DNA from: an uncultured Holophagales bacterium
GTDB taxonomy: Bacteria; Acidobacteriota; Thermoanaerobaculia; Multivoradales; UBA5704
Length of the DNA: 64,000 nt
Direction: 5' to 3'
Assembly: GCA_963842525.1 (NCBI GenBank)
Contig: CAWJGT010000009.1
Location: 800,001-864,000, forward strand
The position numbers and the translations under genes were made by a program. This document shows, one piece after another, positions 32,127-42,675 of this stretch (positions are counted from its first letter, which is position 1; each line of letters begins with the position of its first letter). The notes beneath the pieces were generated by a model that did not search any database, was not told the origin of the DNA, and worked only from the letters and a program-made list of their open reading frames with translations.

Positions 32127-33665
32127 ATGAACAGGATTACCCGGCTGATCTGTGCAAGGGTCTACTGCTTCGGCCTCTTTGCCAGCATTCCTACCCTTCA
32201 TCGTCTGATGGGCCTGCCATTTCGGGGATTCGACCGGGATCCGGGAATCGATCGCCGGCTCGCGCTCTTCCACACGATCCAATCTCTGCTGCTGTCCTTG
32301 ATGTTCCTGATCCCTGCCACGCTGATCTATTTCTTCGCTCCGGCTACATCCCGAGCCGCCGCGATCGTCCTGTTCCTCCTCTGCTTCCTGAAGATCGCCG
32401 TCCTCAATTTTTGGATTGCCCGCCGCTTTTTCCAGAAGCCGGCGAGCGCAGCGAGGTTCAAGCTGCCTTTGCTCGCGCGCCTGGCGGGATACTTCAGCGA
32501 AAGACTACATCCCCTGTCTGTCTCCGATGGAATCGAGAGCCCTGGGGAGGCAGTCTACTTCCGCGGTTCGCGCCCTTTTGTCGGGTTCGGTTCAGAGATC
32601 AATGCCTGGACCCTCGCCATCGATACGACAAGCCGGTCGCATGTAGAGTCCGCTGCCCTGGACTCGCCGCATCAGGCCTCCGATTTGGAGATCGAAGACC
32701 TCTACCGCGCGATCGAGAAGAAGGTCGAGACCGTCGAGGTCGATGGAGTCACCACTCGTCGCATCTTCTTCATGGACGGCGACATTCCGGACGAGGAGCG
32801 GTACCTTCGGGGAGGCAGGTACGGGCGGCCATCTCCCTACCTGCCGGAAAACCTCCTGAAGAACCTGGACAAGCCTGGAGAGCGAGGGCGCCAATACCTG
32901 GTGCTCTCCGTACTCAACTCCGCCCGCGACCTTATGGTGAGTCAGTTCATCCGTTTCTCCCGCTCCGGTAAATTCATCTTCTGCGAGTTTGCATCGCACG
33001 TGATCCCACCTGGCAAGTCGAAGTTCTATACCTTCGACGTCCTCTTCCAGTATCACCCGGCGCTCTATGCCCTGATGGGACCACTCGTCTTATTTGCGAT
33101 CGGCCTCCTCGCGACCCTTGTCGCTCCTTTCACCGAAAGCTGGTTCTGGCTTGGCCCGGGCGTAGGCCAGAAGTACCTGGAAATGCTGAGTGTAGAAGGA
33201 TATGTCGAGTATGTGTTTGAGCAGATGCTGGGCGGATGGTTCGCTTATCGGATAACGGGCTTTTCTATCTTCCTGCTGACTGCCTTCGTCCTTTGGAGAG
33301 GAGTGCTCTGGTTGAGCAATGTCGTCGGGGTTTTCCTTCGGCTCAGGCACAACTTTGGGATCGACGTCTCCTGCCGGGAGCGCTGGGCTAGCGGTACCCG
33401 GCTTGCCTACTTTGACTTACAGGAGACGGTTCGGGCGCTGAAGATCCAGGAGAGGATCATCACGGGAGGCCTGATCGATTGCCTAGAGGGGCACGGGATC
33501 GATACGTCGGACCTAAAGCAGAGCATCACGGCGTTCATCAATCAGGGCGTGATCAATTCAGGGGAGATTCGCGGCAATGTATCGAACAAGATCGCCTCCA
33601 TCGTCTTCAGGCGGGATCGGAAGCGCAGGGCGCGCCGCGGGCTTCACCCCTTGATGGCTCCATAG
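32127..33665 (+). CDS. multi-pass membrane protein with C-terminal G/N-rich motif
   Basis: Several TM segments; C-terminal LEGHGIDTSDLKQSITAFINQGVINSGEIRGNVSN; AAGGAG RBS. Confidence 0.75.
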   Translation: MNRITRLICARVYCFGLFASIPTLHRLMGLPFRGFDRDPGIDRRLALFHTIQSLLLSLMFLIPATLIYFFAPATSRAAAIVLFLLCFLKIAVLNFWIARRFFQKPASAARFKLPLLARLAGYFSERLHPLSVSDGIESPGEAVYFRGSRPFVGFGSEINAWTLAIDTTSRSHVESAALDSPHQASDLEIEDLYRAIEKKVETVEVDGVTTRRIFFMDGDIPDEERYLRGGRYGRPSPYLPENLLKNLDKPGERGRQYLVLSVLNSARDLMVSQFIRFSRSGKFIFCEFASHVIPPGKSKFYTFDVLFQYHPALYALMGPLVLFAIGLLATLVAPFTESWFWLGPGVGQKYLEMLSVEGYVEYVFEQMLGGWFAYRITGFSIFLLTAFVLWRGVLWLSNVVGVFLRLRHNFGIDVSCRERWASGTRLAYFDLQETVRALKIQERIITGGLIDCLEGHGIDTSDLKQSITAFINQGVINSGEIRGNVSNKIASIVFRRDRKRRARRGLHPLMAP

Positions 33666-33701
33666 CCGCTGACGCCTTGTTCATGAAGACGGAGGCCGGC
33701 C

Positions 33702-34148
33702 GTGACGATCAATACAGGGATCCTCAACTCCGGGAAGATCGGAGGTAACGCGAGTGTAAGCAACCTGGCAGGACACTTTGGCAATGACGTTCATGTGACG
33801 TCCACCGCCTCTGTGGTGGACATCCAAGGGCTGATAGAGCGGGTCCGTGTGCAGATCCAGGGGAAACTCGGTTTCCCCGGTCGGGATGCGGAGATCCGAC
33901 AAAAACTGGACCAGTTACTTGGCGAATTAGAAAAGCTAAGGGAACGCTACCCTGCGGAAACCAGGCGGGTCGTGAGCGCGCTCGAGTTGGTGATCCAGGA
34001 GCTGGGCACAGAGAAGCCAAACCAGGACTTCCTGGCATCTTCTTGGGAGCTTACCAAGCAGGCCTTGGGTAATATGGTCCAGTTGGAACCGGCCATTGCG
34101 GTCCTCGGAGAGAAGTTCGCTGAGAGCGTTTCGCAAACCCTGGCCTGA
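33702..34148 (+). CDS. small protein: N-terminal G/N-rich motif plus helical bundle
   Basis: MTINTGILNSGKIGGNASVSN followed by amphipathic helices; GGAGG RBS. Confidence 0.75.
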   Translation: MTINTGILNSGKIGGNASVSNLAGHFGNDVHVTSTASVVDIQGLIERVRVQIQGKLGFPGRDAEIRQKLDQLLGELEKLRERYPAETRRVVSALELVIQELGTEKPNQDFLASSWELTKQALGNMVQLEPAIAVLGEKFAESVSQTLA

Positions 34149-34190
34149 GGAACCGTATGCGGTAATTCTGCACGTACGGGTCTGTGAGGC
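34147..34190 (+). ncRNA. group II intron domain V remnant
   Basis: GAGGAACCGTATGCGGTAATTCTGCACGTACGGGTCTGTGAGG fits the D5 consensus; no upstream RT. Confidence 0.65.
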
Positions 34191-34286
34191 CTGGGTGGGC
34201 AGACTGAGGCCGAGGGTATTCGAAGAGCCCGAGGCGGAACCTGTGCGACGGATTATGGACGCCAAAAACAGAGTAAAGGAGAGATC

Positions 34287-34766
34287 ATGAGAGCGCAAGC
34301 GATCACAAGGATGCTTTTTGGGAGTGCAATGCTATTCTTGTTTACTGCACCTGCCTATTCAGCGCCTGTATTCTATTCGTGGGGCGGCGAGAAAATAATC
34401 AAGATAATGGACTTTCCCGACAGTTCTGACCTTCAAAGGTTGGACGGAAACTATGTAGATGCAGGGTATCGATATCAACAGGTGACCATCTTCTTTATTC
34501 CTGTCTGGAATTATAATGAGAAATGGTGTGGATATATTGGTAATGACAACGAATATCTCGACCTTGACAGACAAAGCTTGTCAGAATTGGCAGAGGCGGC
34601 AGGTTTAAGCTTGCCTGAAAGCCCTTCGTTGCCCTTTTGGGATTCCATTGGGGGAAAACTCTTGCTTGGAGTTATTTTATTAATGTATTTTGGCTACAAA
34701 GGGAGTGGCGCTGAGAAGAAAGGAGAAGAGATAGGCCAACCACAGGGAGGCAGCATGAAAGCCTAA
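34287..34766 (+). CDS. hypothetical exported/membrane protein (low GC)
   Basis: Signal peptide, C-terminal TM helix, AAGGAG RBS, AT-rich codons. Confidence 0.7.
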   Translation: MRAQAITRMLFGSAMLFLFTAPAYSAPVFYSWGGEKIIKIMDFPDSSDLQRLDGNYVDAGYRYQQVTIFFIPVWNYNEKWCGYIGNDNEYLDLDRQSLSELAEAAGLSLPESPSLPFWDSIGGKLLLGVILLMYFGYKGSGAEKKGEEIGQPQGGSMKA

Positions 34767-35433
34767 GCCCCAGGGGGAGTTTCCCCAGCTCTGCCGGGGT
34801 GGCAGTAGAAGTTTTACATTTCAGGGAGTGTCCATCGCGGAAACTTCCCTCGTGAGCTGCCAAGCACACGAGAGGAGAGGAAACCACGATGGACAAGTTT
34901 GACAGTTTGAACCACACGACGTGGGAGTGCAAATAACACATCGTTCATCCCAAGTGCCGCCGGAAGGTGCTGTACGGCCAGTCGCGGTCGGATTTTGGGG
35001 AGGTGTTTCGCAAACTGGCAGCTCAGAAGGAGAGCCGGATAGAGGAAGGACACTTGATGCCCGATCACGTCCATATGCTGGTGTCGATCCGACGAAGTAC
35101 TCGGTGCCGCAGGTCGTGGGGTTCATCAAGGGCAAGAGCGCCATCCATCTGGCGAGGGTGTATGGGGAGCGCAAGCGCAACTTTGTTGGGCAGCGCTTCT
35201 GGGCGCGGGGATACTTTGTCTCGACAGTCGTTCGGGATGAGGCTGCGATTCGGGAGCACATCAAGAAGCAGGAAAAAGAGAACGAACGATCGCACCAGCT
35301 CAGTCTCTGGCGATGAGTCGCCACCGGAACGGTGTCGCAAACCCCGAGGGGTCGCATTAGCGACCTTCCAGCCGCTTTGAGCGGCTCACAGATTTAAAGC
35401 CCGGCTCTGCCGGCTCTGCCGGGGATACTTACT
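34767..35433 (+). mobile_element. decayed IS200/IS605-family element (boundaries approximate)
   Basis: CTCTGCCGGGG-containing hairpin-like motifs at both ends of a tnpA pseudogene. Confidence 0.7.
34889..35316 (+). pseudogene. tnpA: IS200-type Y1 transposase pseudogene
   Basis: HTTWECK*H, DHVHML (HUH), IKGKSA, FWARGYFVSTV; internal stop and frameshift. Confidence 0.85.
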
Positions 35434-35450
35434 ACCCAAAGGAGGGACCA

Positions 35451-35843
35451 ATGAACCCAATAGTCCTCGGAATCGTGATGTTCAGCTGGTACGTGTTCCT
35501 AGTTGTTGCCGGCATTCGCCGTGACAAGAGCATGAAAGGTGACCCGAAAGAGGTAATGGCAAGCAAAATGCGTGGGTTCTTGCTCGTCTGCTTTTTGGCA
35601 GCGATCGTTCTCGTAGTTGGCATGGTTTTTAAAGTGGCTTTCGCTTTCCCTCTAATGGCCATTGTGGTCGGCTCCTATTCAACATGGGCAGGGGTAGCCC
35701 ATCTCAGAAACCCGGACAACTTGATTGGCGCGATTCCCGGTCTGGGAGAAAAGACATTTAGTGGCGTTTTTGCCCGCGTGTTCGGGGCATTTGCGCTAGG
35801 TGTCGCCTATCTTATCCTATTACATCCATTTGTGCCGGAGTGA
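35451..35843 (+). CDS. hypothetical membrane protein
   Basis: 130 aa with about 4 TM segments; AGGAGG RBS. Confidence 0.6.
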   Translation: MNPIVLGIVMFSWYVFLVVAGIRRDKSMKGDPKEVMASKMRGFLLVCFLAAIVLVVGMVFKVAFAFPLMAIVVGSYSTWAGVAHLRNPDNLIGAIPGLGEKTFSGVFARVFGAFALGVAYLILLHPFVPE

Positions 35844-35990
35844 TCGCAGGAAGCGTATTAGGCAAGAGAAAGGCGTATCTGACTTTGGAGGCACCGCCAG
35901 GCTGAGGTTCGTTGCTTGCAACGAGAAAATGCAGGTCGCGGAGTCCATCCGCTGCGGGAGGCCCTATCCGGCTGGCACTTCTGGACCGGC

Positions 35991-36563
35991 ATCCGGTACT
36001 ACCGCCGTCCCCTCAATCTCCACCAACGCCCGGTCTTCCAGCAGCGCCGCGACGACCAGCAGAGACATCGGCGGATAGTGGCGGCCGATTACCTCGCGGT
36101 AGATGCGGCCGATGTCGCGGCGGGTGGCGAGGTAGGCGGGCTTGTCGGTGATGTACCAGGTCAGGCGGACGAGGTGCTCCGGTCCGGCTCCGGCCTCCTT
36201 GAGGACGGCTACGATGTTTTCCAGAGCCTGACGGACCTGCTCGGCGAGGTCGTCGTCTCGAACTGGCAGGTGGCGGGATTCCAGCCCACTTGGCCGGCCA
36301 CGAAGACCTGACGACCCTGGACGGCCATGCCGTTCGCATAGCCCACCGGGGCTGCCCAGCCAGGAGGCTGGAGCTTCACGCTTCGCGCTCCCTCAGGCGG
36401 AAGCGCTGGAGCTTGCCGGTCAGGGTGCGGGGGAGGGCCTCGACGAATTCGATCTGGCGCGGGTACTTGTAGGGAGCGATCTGGCTCTTGACATGGGTCT
36501 GCAGCTCCTTGACCAGCTCGGGGCCGCCCTCCGGGCCGCCCTCGTTGCCGGGACGGAGGACGA
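35991..36563 (-). pseudogene. degenerate duplicate of the RidA gene and 3' end of the CoA ligase (copy of 39445..40005)
   Basis: Highly similar direct repeat, with a 1-bp deletion in the RidA copy and a 12-bp tandem duplication in the ligase copy. Confidence 0.85.
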
Positions 36564-37196
36564 CTTTCCTTACCCTCGGTCCCAGACGACGCCCCTGCAG
36601 GCCCTTCTCGCCGATCAGAAGATCAGATTTCGACGGTTTTAGGTGAGCGTTAACAGGCGGTGACCCTGGTGATCCTGTCGCTGGTGTCGCTGTTGGGCCG
36701 CGACCGGCAGGCGATCGCGATCGGGCGCACGGCCTACGCCGGGCGGCGTCCTGTTCTGTCCTGTTCGGCTGGCACCTCTGCCTGGGGAGGTGCCAGATCT
36801 TTTGCGGTTGCCCCCATCGGAAGGACAAGAAAGCCCTGGCACCCACCGCGGAATACGTGAATCGATACCCGTCATCCGGGATCTCATTCAGGCATCCAAG
36901 GAACTGGGACAACATGCGTATGGCGTCCCTGGTTGTCTTCGACCGTCCGAGGTTTCAGAATTTTTCCGAAGCCCTCCAGAATCGTCCGAAGGCGCCTCGA
37001 GACTTCCCCTCCCGACGCTTCTCCACTGCATCGAAAGACGGGATAAGAACCTGAAACCCCGTCAACTGGGCCGCGCCTGTCCGAAGCGGATAAACAAGTG
37101 TCTCCACTTCAGTGTCACAAGGAGAAGATCTCATGCGGTAGACGTCAGGTATGCAGCACCTCCCTGCCTGCTCAATGCGAAAAAGGAGTCTGAACC

Positions 37197-38642
37197 ATGA
37201 AAACCCTCAGTCACCGCACCCTTTCCAGCGTCCTGGCGCTGGCTATCGGCGTGGGTATCTTGATGCTGGCGTGCGCTGACCAGGTCAAGGCCATGCCGGG
37301 GGACAAGACCGGCGGGAGTACCCAGGTGCTCGCCGTGGTCAACGGCGAGTCCGTTACCGATGCTGATGTAAGGGGGAACGCCGCCGCCCAGCTTACACAG
37401 CTTGAGCGCGATTACGAGCAGAAGAAGCACCAACTTCTCCAGAGCCAGTTGGAGCAGATGATCGAGGATCGTCTGCTGGAGGTCGAGGCCGCTGCCCTCG
37501 GCGTGACCAAAGAGCGGATCCTCGCCGACTTGAAGCCGGCGGTGGTGACCGACGCCGCTGTCGACGCATTCTACGAAGAGAACAAGGCGCAGATTCCGCA
37601 GCCCAAAGACCAGGTTCTTCCGCAGATCAAGAAGTATCTGGAGCAGCGCGGGCAGCTCGAAGCACGCAAGAAGTTTTTTGCCGACTTGGGCAACAAGCAT
37701 AAAGTCGAGATAAAACTGGAACCTATGCGCGTCGAGGTCGCCGCCGCGGGTCCAGCCAAGGGTCCGGCGACCGCGCCGGTGACGATCGTCGAGTTCTCGG
37801 ATTTCCAGTGCCCGTTCTGCTCGCGCCTCGTCCCGACCCTGGATCAGGTAAAGACGAAGTATGGCGACAAGGTGCGGGTGGTCTATCGTCAGTTTCCCTT
37901 GGCTATGCATGCGCAGGCGCGGAAGGCCGCGGAGGCTTCGCTCTGCGCCAACGACCAAGGCAAGTTTTGGGAAATGCACGACGCCATGTTCAAGAGCCAG
38001 CAGCAGTTGGCCATCGAGAACCTGAAGACAATGGCCATCGAGTTGAGCTTGAATGACGAGAAGTTCAACTTCTGCCTCGACTCCGGAAAGCACGCCTCGA
38101 AGGTAGCTGAGGATCTGCAGGCGGGCACGGCCGCAGGGGTCAGTGGCACGCCGGCGCTCTTCATCAATGGCCGCTTCATCAACGGTGTGGTGCCGCTCGA
38201 GCAGATCACCGAGGTGGTCGACGACGAGCTGCGGCGCAAGGACCTCCCCTCTGTCGGAGTCGCCAGCCAAACCATCGTGTCACCAGCTGGAGCAGATACG
38301 ATAAAAGCGATCGGTGACGAAGTTCAGTGGACTGAGTATCACGACATCGAATCTGATGATTGTATATCCATTATTTTCGTAGGCGCGGTTTGCCATCACG
38401 TGACTTACAAGTTCGAATTCCGGGGTAGGATCGCCAGCATCAATCACCAGCACAAAGAATACAATGTCTCTCTGACTAGTCGGAAAGTCATTCCGCAAGA
38501 ATTGGTTTCTCCGATGTATTGGAGCTACAAGGATCGAGCTCAACAATGGGCCGGCCATGAATCTGACCGTTCTAGACATTTGCTTGCAAGATTGGCAAAG
38601 CTATTCAATATCGCTCTGATTGCACCTGTCTCCACCAGCTAA
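37197..38642 (+). CDS. DsbA/thioredoxin-fold protein with SurA-like N-domain and atypical C-terminal extension
   Basis: EFSDFQCPFC, GVSGTPALFING; signal peptide. Last ~130 aa are lower in GC and look unrelated. Confidence 0.82.
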   Translation: MKTLSHRTLSSVLALAIGVGILMLACADQVKAMPGDKTGGSTQVLAVVNGESVTDADVRGNAAAQLTQLERDYEQKKHQLLQSQLEQMIEDRLLEVEAAALGVTKERILADLKPAVVTDAAVDAFYEENKAQIPQPKDQVLPQIKKYLEQRGQLEARKKFFADLGNKHKVEIKLEPMRVEVAAAGPAKGPATAPVTIVEFSDFQCPFCSRLVPTLDQVKTKYGDKVRVVYRQFPLAMHAQARKAAEASLCANDQGKFWEMHDAMFKSQQQLAIENLKTMAIELSLNDEKFNFCLDSGKHASKVAEDLQAGTAAGVSGTPALFINGRFINGVVPLEQITEVVDDELRRKDLPSVGVASQTIVSPAGADTIKAIGDEVQWTEYHDIESDDCISIIFVGAVCHHVTYKFEFRGRIASINHQHKEYNVSLTSRKVIPQELVSPMYWSYKDRAQQWAGHESDRSRHLLARLAKLFNIALIAPVSTS

Positions 38643-38663
38643 TGTGCTGCGCCTAAGCGAGGC

Positions 38664-39189
38664 ATGCTGCCTCTTCAAATGTTACCGCTGAACCGATTTG
38701 GGCGAGCTATACTTGCGGCATTCGCTTTAGCTTCATTGCTACCATGTTCACTGCGTTCTCAAACGGAAGAGGTCAAGATAAAGGTCAATGCAGCTCTAAA
38801 GGCTGCGGACGAAGGGCGGCCCGAGGAGGCTTACCGAATTTGGATGGAACTCCTGGCGTTGGGGCGGCCAATCGGTCTTGGTGAAGAAGGTCTCTCTTTT
38901 GTGCGCGCGCACGTATACCATGCCTCGGAACGCAGATCAGTATCTTGATGCTGTGAACGAGCATGTAATTTCGGAGGGAGATTACGTCACTAATAAAGGC
39001 GTTCTGCAGGCCTGGATTGGCTGGGTAGTCAGTCGATCGGGAGACGCCATCGAGGTGAAGATCACCTATATAAATAAGGATCTCGCTGCGGGTTTAATGA
39101 AGGGTGCTCGAGCTAGATTTTCTGTATCTGAATGCAAGGAGCTAGGTGCCATTAGCGCAGATGCCGCGCTCAAAGGATGGAAGGAGTAA
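38664..39189 (+). CDS. hypothetical exported protein, probably broken into two ORFs
   Basis: Signal peptide and TPR-like helix in 38664..38948, overlapping ORF 38878..39189; low GC. Confidence 0.35.
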
Positions 39190-39441
39190 TCACGCAAGAA
39201 TTTGGCAACTAGAGATGGTGTACTGGCGCACCTCGCGGGGAGCCTGGGCTGGCTCGGGCTTCTTCGGATCGGTCCTGCTGTGGCTGGCCAGCAGGGAAGC
39301 CGTCAGCAGGATGAGGGGGAGGAGGCATGGAGGGCTCCTGGGATTTGGGCCAGGACGGGGCTGATGAGCGAAATGTCAAAGGCCGGCGGATCTATGAGGT
39401 AGTCCAGAGAGGTCAAAGGATACCACCGCAGGCAGTATCTA

Positions 39442-39834
39442 TTAATCCGGCACCACCGCCGTAGCCTCGATCTCCACCAGCGCCCGGTCTTCCAGCAGCG
39501 CCGCGACGACCAGCAGAGACATCGGCGGATAGTGGCGGCCGATCACTTCCCGGTAGATGCGGCCGATGTCGCGGCGGGTGGCAAGGTAGGCGGACTTGTC
39601 GGTGATGTACCAGGTCAGGCGGACGAGGTGCTCCGATCCGGCCCCGGCTTCCTTGAGGACGGCGACGATGTTTTCCAGGGCCTGACGGACCTGCGCGACG
39701 AGGTCGTCGGTCTCGAACTGGCAGGTGGCGGGATTCCAGCCTACCTGGCCGGCTACGAAGACCTGACGACCCTGGACGGCCATGCCGTTCGCATAGCCCA
39801 CCGGGGCTGCCCAGCCAGGCGGCTGGAGCGTCAC
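39442..39834 (-). CDS. RidA/YjgF-family protein
   Basis: [21 protein letters not shown]; GTG overlaps the ligase stop. Confidence 0.88.
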   Translation of the reverse strand: MTLQPPGWAAPVGYANGMAVQGRQVFVAGQVGWNPATCQFETDDLVAQVRQALENIVAVLKEAGAGSEHLVRLTWYITDKSAYLATRRDIGRIYREVIGRHYPPMSLLVVAALLEDRALVEIEATAVVPD

Positions 39835-41468
39835 GCTTCGCGCTCCCTCAGGCGGAAGCGCTGGAGCTTGCCGGTCAGGGTGCGGGGAAGGCTCTCCACG
39901 AGCTCGATCTGGCGCGGGTACTTGTAGGGAGCGATCTGGCTCTTGACATAGGTCTGCAGCTCCTTGACCAGCTCGGGGCTGCCCTCGTTGCCGGGACGGA
40001 GCACGATGAAGGCCTTGACCACTTGGCCGCGCTCGTCGTCGGGCACCCCGATGACCCCGCACTCCAGCACCTTGGGATGCTCCAGGAGCACGTTCTCCAC
40101 CTCGACGCCCGAGATGTTGATCCCCGCGGAGATGATCATGTCGTCCGTGCGCGCCTGGTACCAGAAGTAGCCGTCGTCATCCATCAGGAAGGAGTCGCCG
40201 GTCAGGTTCCAGCCGTTCTGCACGTAGCCGCGTTGCCGCTCGGGATCGTCCAGGTAGCGGCAGCCCGTGGGACCCTTGACCGCCAGCTTGCCGACAGTTC
40301 CGGGAGGCAGCGCGCGGCCGTCCTCGTCCACGATCTGTGCCTGGTAGCCGGGCACCACCCGGCCCGTTGCGCCGGGACGGATACCGTCCCCGGACTCGCT
40401 GATGAACATGTGCAGCATCTCGGTCGAGCCGATGCCGTCGATGATCCCGAGGCCGGTCGCCTCCTTCCAGGACTCCCAGGTGGGACGCGGCAGGTGCTCG
40501 CCCGCCGATACGCAGGCCCGCAGGCTCGAGATGTCGTGCTTCGGGAGCATCGGGAGCATCGCCCGGTACGCGGTCGGCGCCGTGAACACGACCGTGGCCC
40601 GGAAGTCCTGGATGCCCTGGATGAGCTGCGGCGGCGCGGCCTGCTCCAGCAGCACGGCCGAGGCGCCGATCCGCATCGGAAACAGGATCAGGCCCCCGAG
40701 CCCGTAGGTGAAGGCGAAGGGCGGCGAGCCGGCGAAGATGTCGTCGCGGTCGGGCTTGAGCACGTAGGGCGGGAAGCAGTCGCAGGCCGCGATCACGTCG
40801 CGGTGGAAGTGGACCGTCCCTTTTGCGTTGCCCGTGGTGCCCGAGGTGAAGGCAATGAGGGCGATGTCGTCCGCCGCGGTGTCGCAGTTGTCGAAGGTGG
40901 GGGGCTTGTCCCGCATCAGGTCTTCGAGCGACCCCGGCTTGCCGGAGCTCAAGTGGACGACCCTCGCCCCTTCCCGCGGCCGGCCGTCGCCGGTTTTTGC
41001 CATGGCCTCCTCGCACTCGCCGCAGATGCGCGCGTCGGTCAGGGCGAGGCGGATGGCTGCCTTGTCGGCCATGTAGACCAGCTCCCGCGAGCGCAGCAGC
41101 GGCATGGTGCAGACCACGATGCCGCCGGCCTTCAGGATCGCGAACCAGCAGGCCGCCGTCATCGGGTTGTTGTAGCCGCGCAGGAGCACGCGGTTGCCCG
41201 GGACGAGGCCGAGGTCTTCCACCAGGACGCGAGCGATGCGGTTCGCGGTCTCCAGCAGCTCGCGGTAGGTCCAGCGTCCGCCGGAGAAGTGGAAAACGGT
41301 CCGGTCGCCGTCGCCCGCGGCGATCCGCGCGTCGAGGAGCTCGGCCGCGCAGTTCATCCGGTCCGGGTAGGCGAGCTCCGGGATGCCGCTGTAGTCCATC
41401 TCGGGCCATTGCTCGGGCGGGGGCAGGAGATCGCGGCAGAAGGTATCCACATGAGCTGATTCAGGCAT
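39831..41468 (-). CDS. 2-aminobenzoate/benzoate-CoA ligase family protein
   Basis: Starts [10 protein letters not shown]; FTSGTTG, DGIGSTE, TGKLQR motifs. Confidence 0.9.
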   Translation of the reverse strand: MPESAHVDTFCRDLLPPPEQWPEMDYSGIPELAYPDRMNCAAELLDARIAAGDGDRTVFHFSGGRWTYRELLETANRIARVLVEDLGLVPGNRVLLRGYNNPMTAACWFAILKAGGIVVCTMPLLRSRELVYMADKAAIRLALTDARICGECEEAMAKTGDGRPREGARVVHLSSGKPGSLEDLMRDKPPTFDNCDTAADDIALIAFTSGTTGNAKGTVHFHRDVIAACDCFPPYVLKPDRDDIFAGSPPFAFTYGLGGLILFPMRIGASAVLLEQAAPPQLIQGIQDFRATVVFTAPTAYRAMLPMLPKHDISSLRACVSAGEHLPRPTWESWKEATGLGIIDGIGSTEMLHMFISESGDGIRPGATGRVVPGYQAQIVDEDGRALPPGTVGKLAVKGPTGCRYLDDPERQRGYVQNGWNLTGDSFLMDDDGYFWYQARTDDMIISAGINISGVEVENVLLEHPKVLECGVIGVPDDERGQVVKAFIVLRPGNEGSPELVKELQTYVKSQIAPYKYPRQIELVESLPRTLTGKLQRFRLREREA

Positions 41469-42675
41469 CTGGCGTCTCCTTGAGGAGCTGACCGGCGATG
41501 ACCAGCTTCTGGACCTCGCTGGTCCCTTCGTAGATCCGCAGGGCACGGACTTCGCGGTACAGGCGCTCGACCGGCGCGCCCGCGAGCACGCCGCGCCCGC
41601 CGAGGAGCTGCACGGCGTCGTCGATGACGCGCTGGGCTGTCTCGGTGGAGTAGAGCTTGGCCATGGCCGCCTCGCGCGTGACCCGCGGCGCGCCCGCGTC
41701 CCGCGTCCAGGCCGCGCGATAGACCAGGAGCGCGCTGGCGTCCACACCGACGGCCATGTCCGCCAGCCGCGCCTGGGTGAGCTGCAGGTCGGCGAGAGGC
41801 TTGCCGAAAACCTTTCTTTTGCGCGCGTGGCTCACCGCTTCGTCCAGGGCGCGGCGGGCGAAGCCGAGCGCCGCGGCCCCTACGGTGGAGCGGAACACGT
41901 CCAGCGTGCCGAGCGCGATCCGCAGCCCGCGGCCGGGCTCGCCGATCAGGGCCGAGGCGGGCACACGGCAGCGCTCGAAGCGGATCGTGCCCAGCGGGTG
42001 CGGCGCCATCAGGTCGAGCCGCGCGGTCACGGTCAAGCCGGGGTTGTCCGCTTCCACTACGAAGGCTCCGAAACCTTTTTCTCCCAGCTCGGGCATGCGG
42101 CAGAAGGCCACGTAGACGTCCGCGAGCCCCGCGTTGGAGATCCAGGTCTTCTCGCCATCGATCACATATCCCGCCCCGTCGCGGTGGGCGGTCGTGGTCA
42201 TGGCGCCGACGTCGGAGCCGGCCTCGGCCTCGGACAGCGCGAACGCCGGGATGGCTTCTCCGGAGGCGACCTTCGGCAGCCACTGCCGGCGCTGCTCCTC
42301 CGAGCCGAAGAGGGAGATGGGACCGCTGCCCAGGCCCTGGAGAGCGAAGACGAAGTCGGCGAGGCCGGAGGTCCGGGCCAGGGTCTCGCGGATCAGGCAG
42401 AGCGAGCGGACGTCGAGCCTGTTCCCGACTGCATACCGCAGCCAGCCGCCGGATGCGAGACGGCGGACGAGCTCGCGGCAGGTGCCGTCGAGGGACCCCT
42501 CACCCCCCTGGCCCCCCTCTCCCATCCCCTCCGCCTCCTTTTCTCCTCCCGGGAGGGGGGGCGATGGGAGAGGGAGGGGTCCGATCTCGCGCTCCGTCCA
42601 CTCCGCCAGCTCGCGGGCGAGAACGCGGTGCGCCTCATCGAAGAACGGCCAGGAAAGAAAGGTTTCGTCTGCCAT
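41461..42675 (-). CDS. acyl-CoA dehydrogenase with in-frame palindromic-repeat insertion
   Basis: [26 protein letters not shown]; insert [28 protein letters not shown]. Confidence 0.88.
   Translation of the reverse strand: MADETFLSWPFFDEAHRVLARELAEWTEREIGPLPLPSPPLPGGEKEAEGMGEGGQGGEGSLDGTCRELVRRLASGGWLRYAVGNRLDVRSLCLIRETLARTSGLADFVFALQGLGSGPISLFGSEEQRRQWLPKVASGEAIPAFALSEAEAGSDVGAMTTTAHRDGAGYVIDGEKTWISNAGLADVYVAFCRMPELGEKGFGAFVVEADNPGLTVTARLDLMAPHPLGTIRFERCRVPASALIGEPGRGLRIALGTLDVFRSTVGAAALGFARRALDEAVSHARKRKVFGKPLADLQLTQARLADMAVGVDASALLVYRAAWTRDAGAPRVTREAAMAKLYSTETAQRVIDDAVQLLGGRGVLAGAPVERLYREVRALRIYEGTSEVQKLVIAGQLLKETPDA
42496..42579. repeat. palindromic repeat element inside the acyl-CoA dehydrogenase gene
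   Basis: CCCCTCACCCCCCTGGCCCCCCTCTCCCATC...GATGGGAGAGGGAGGGG. Confidence 0.8.
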
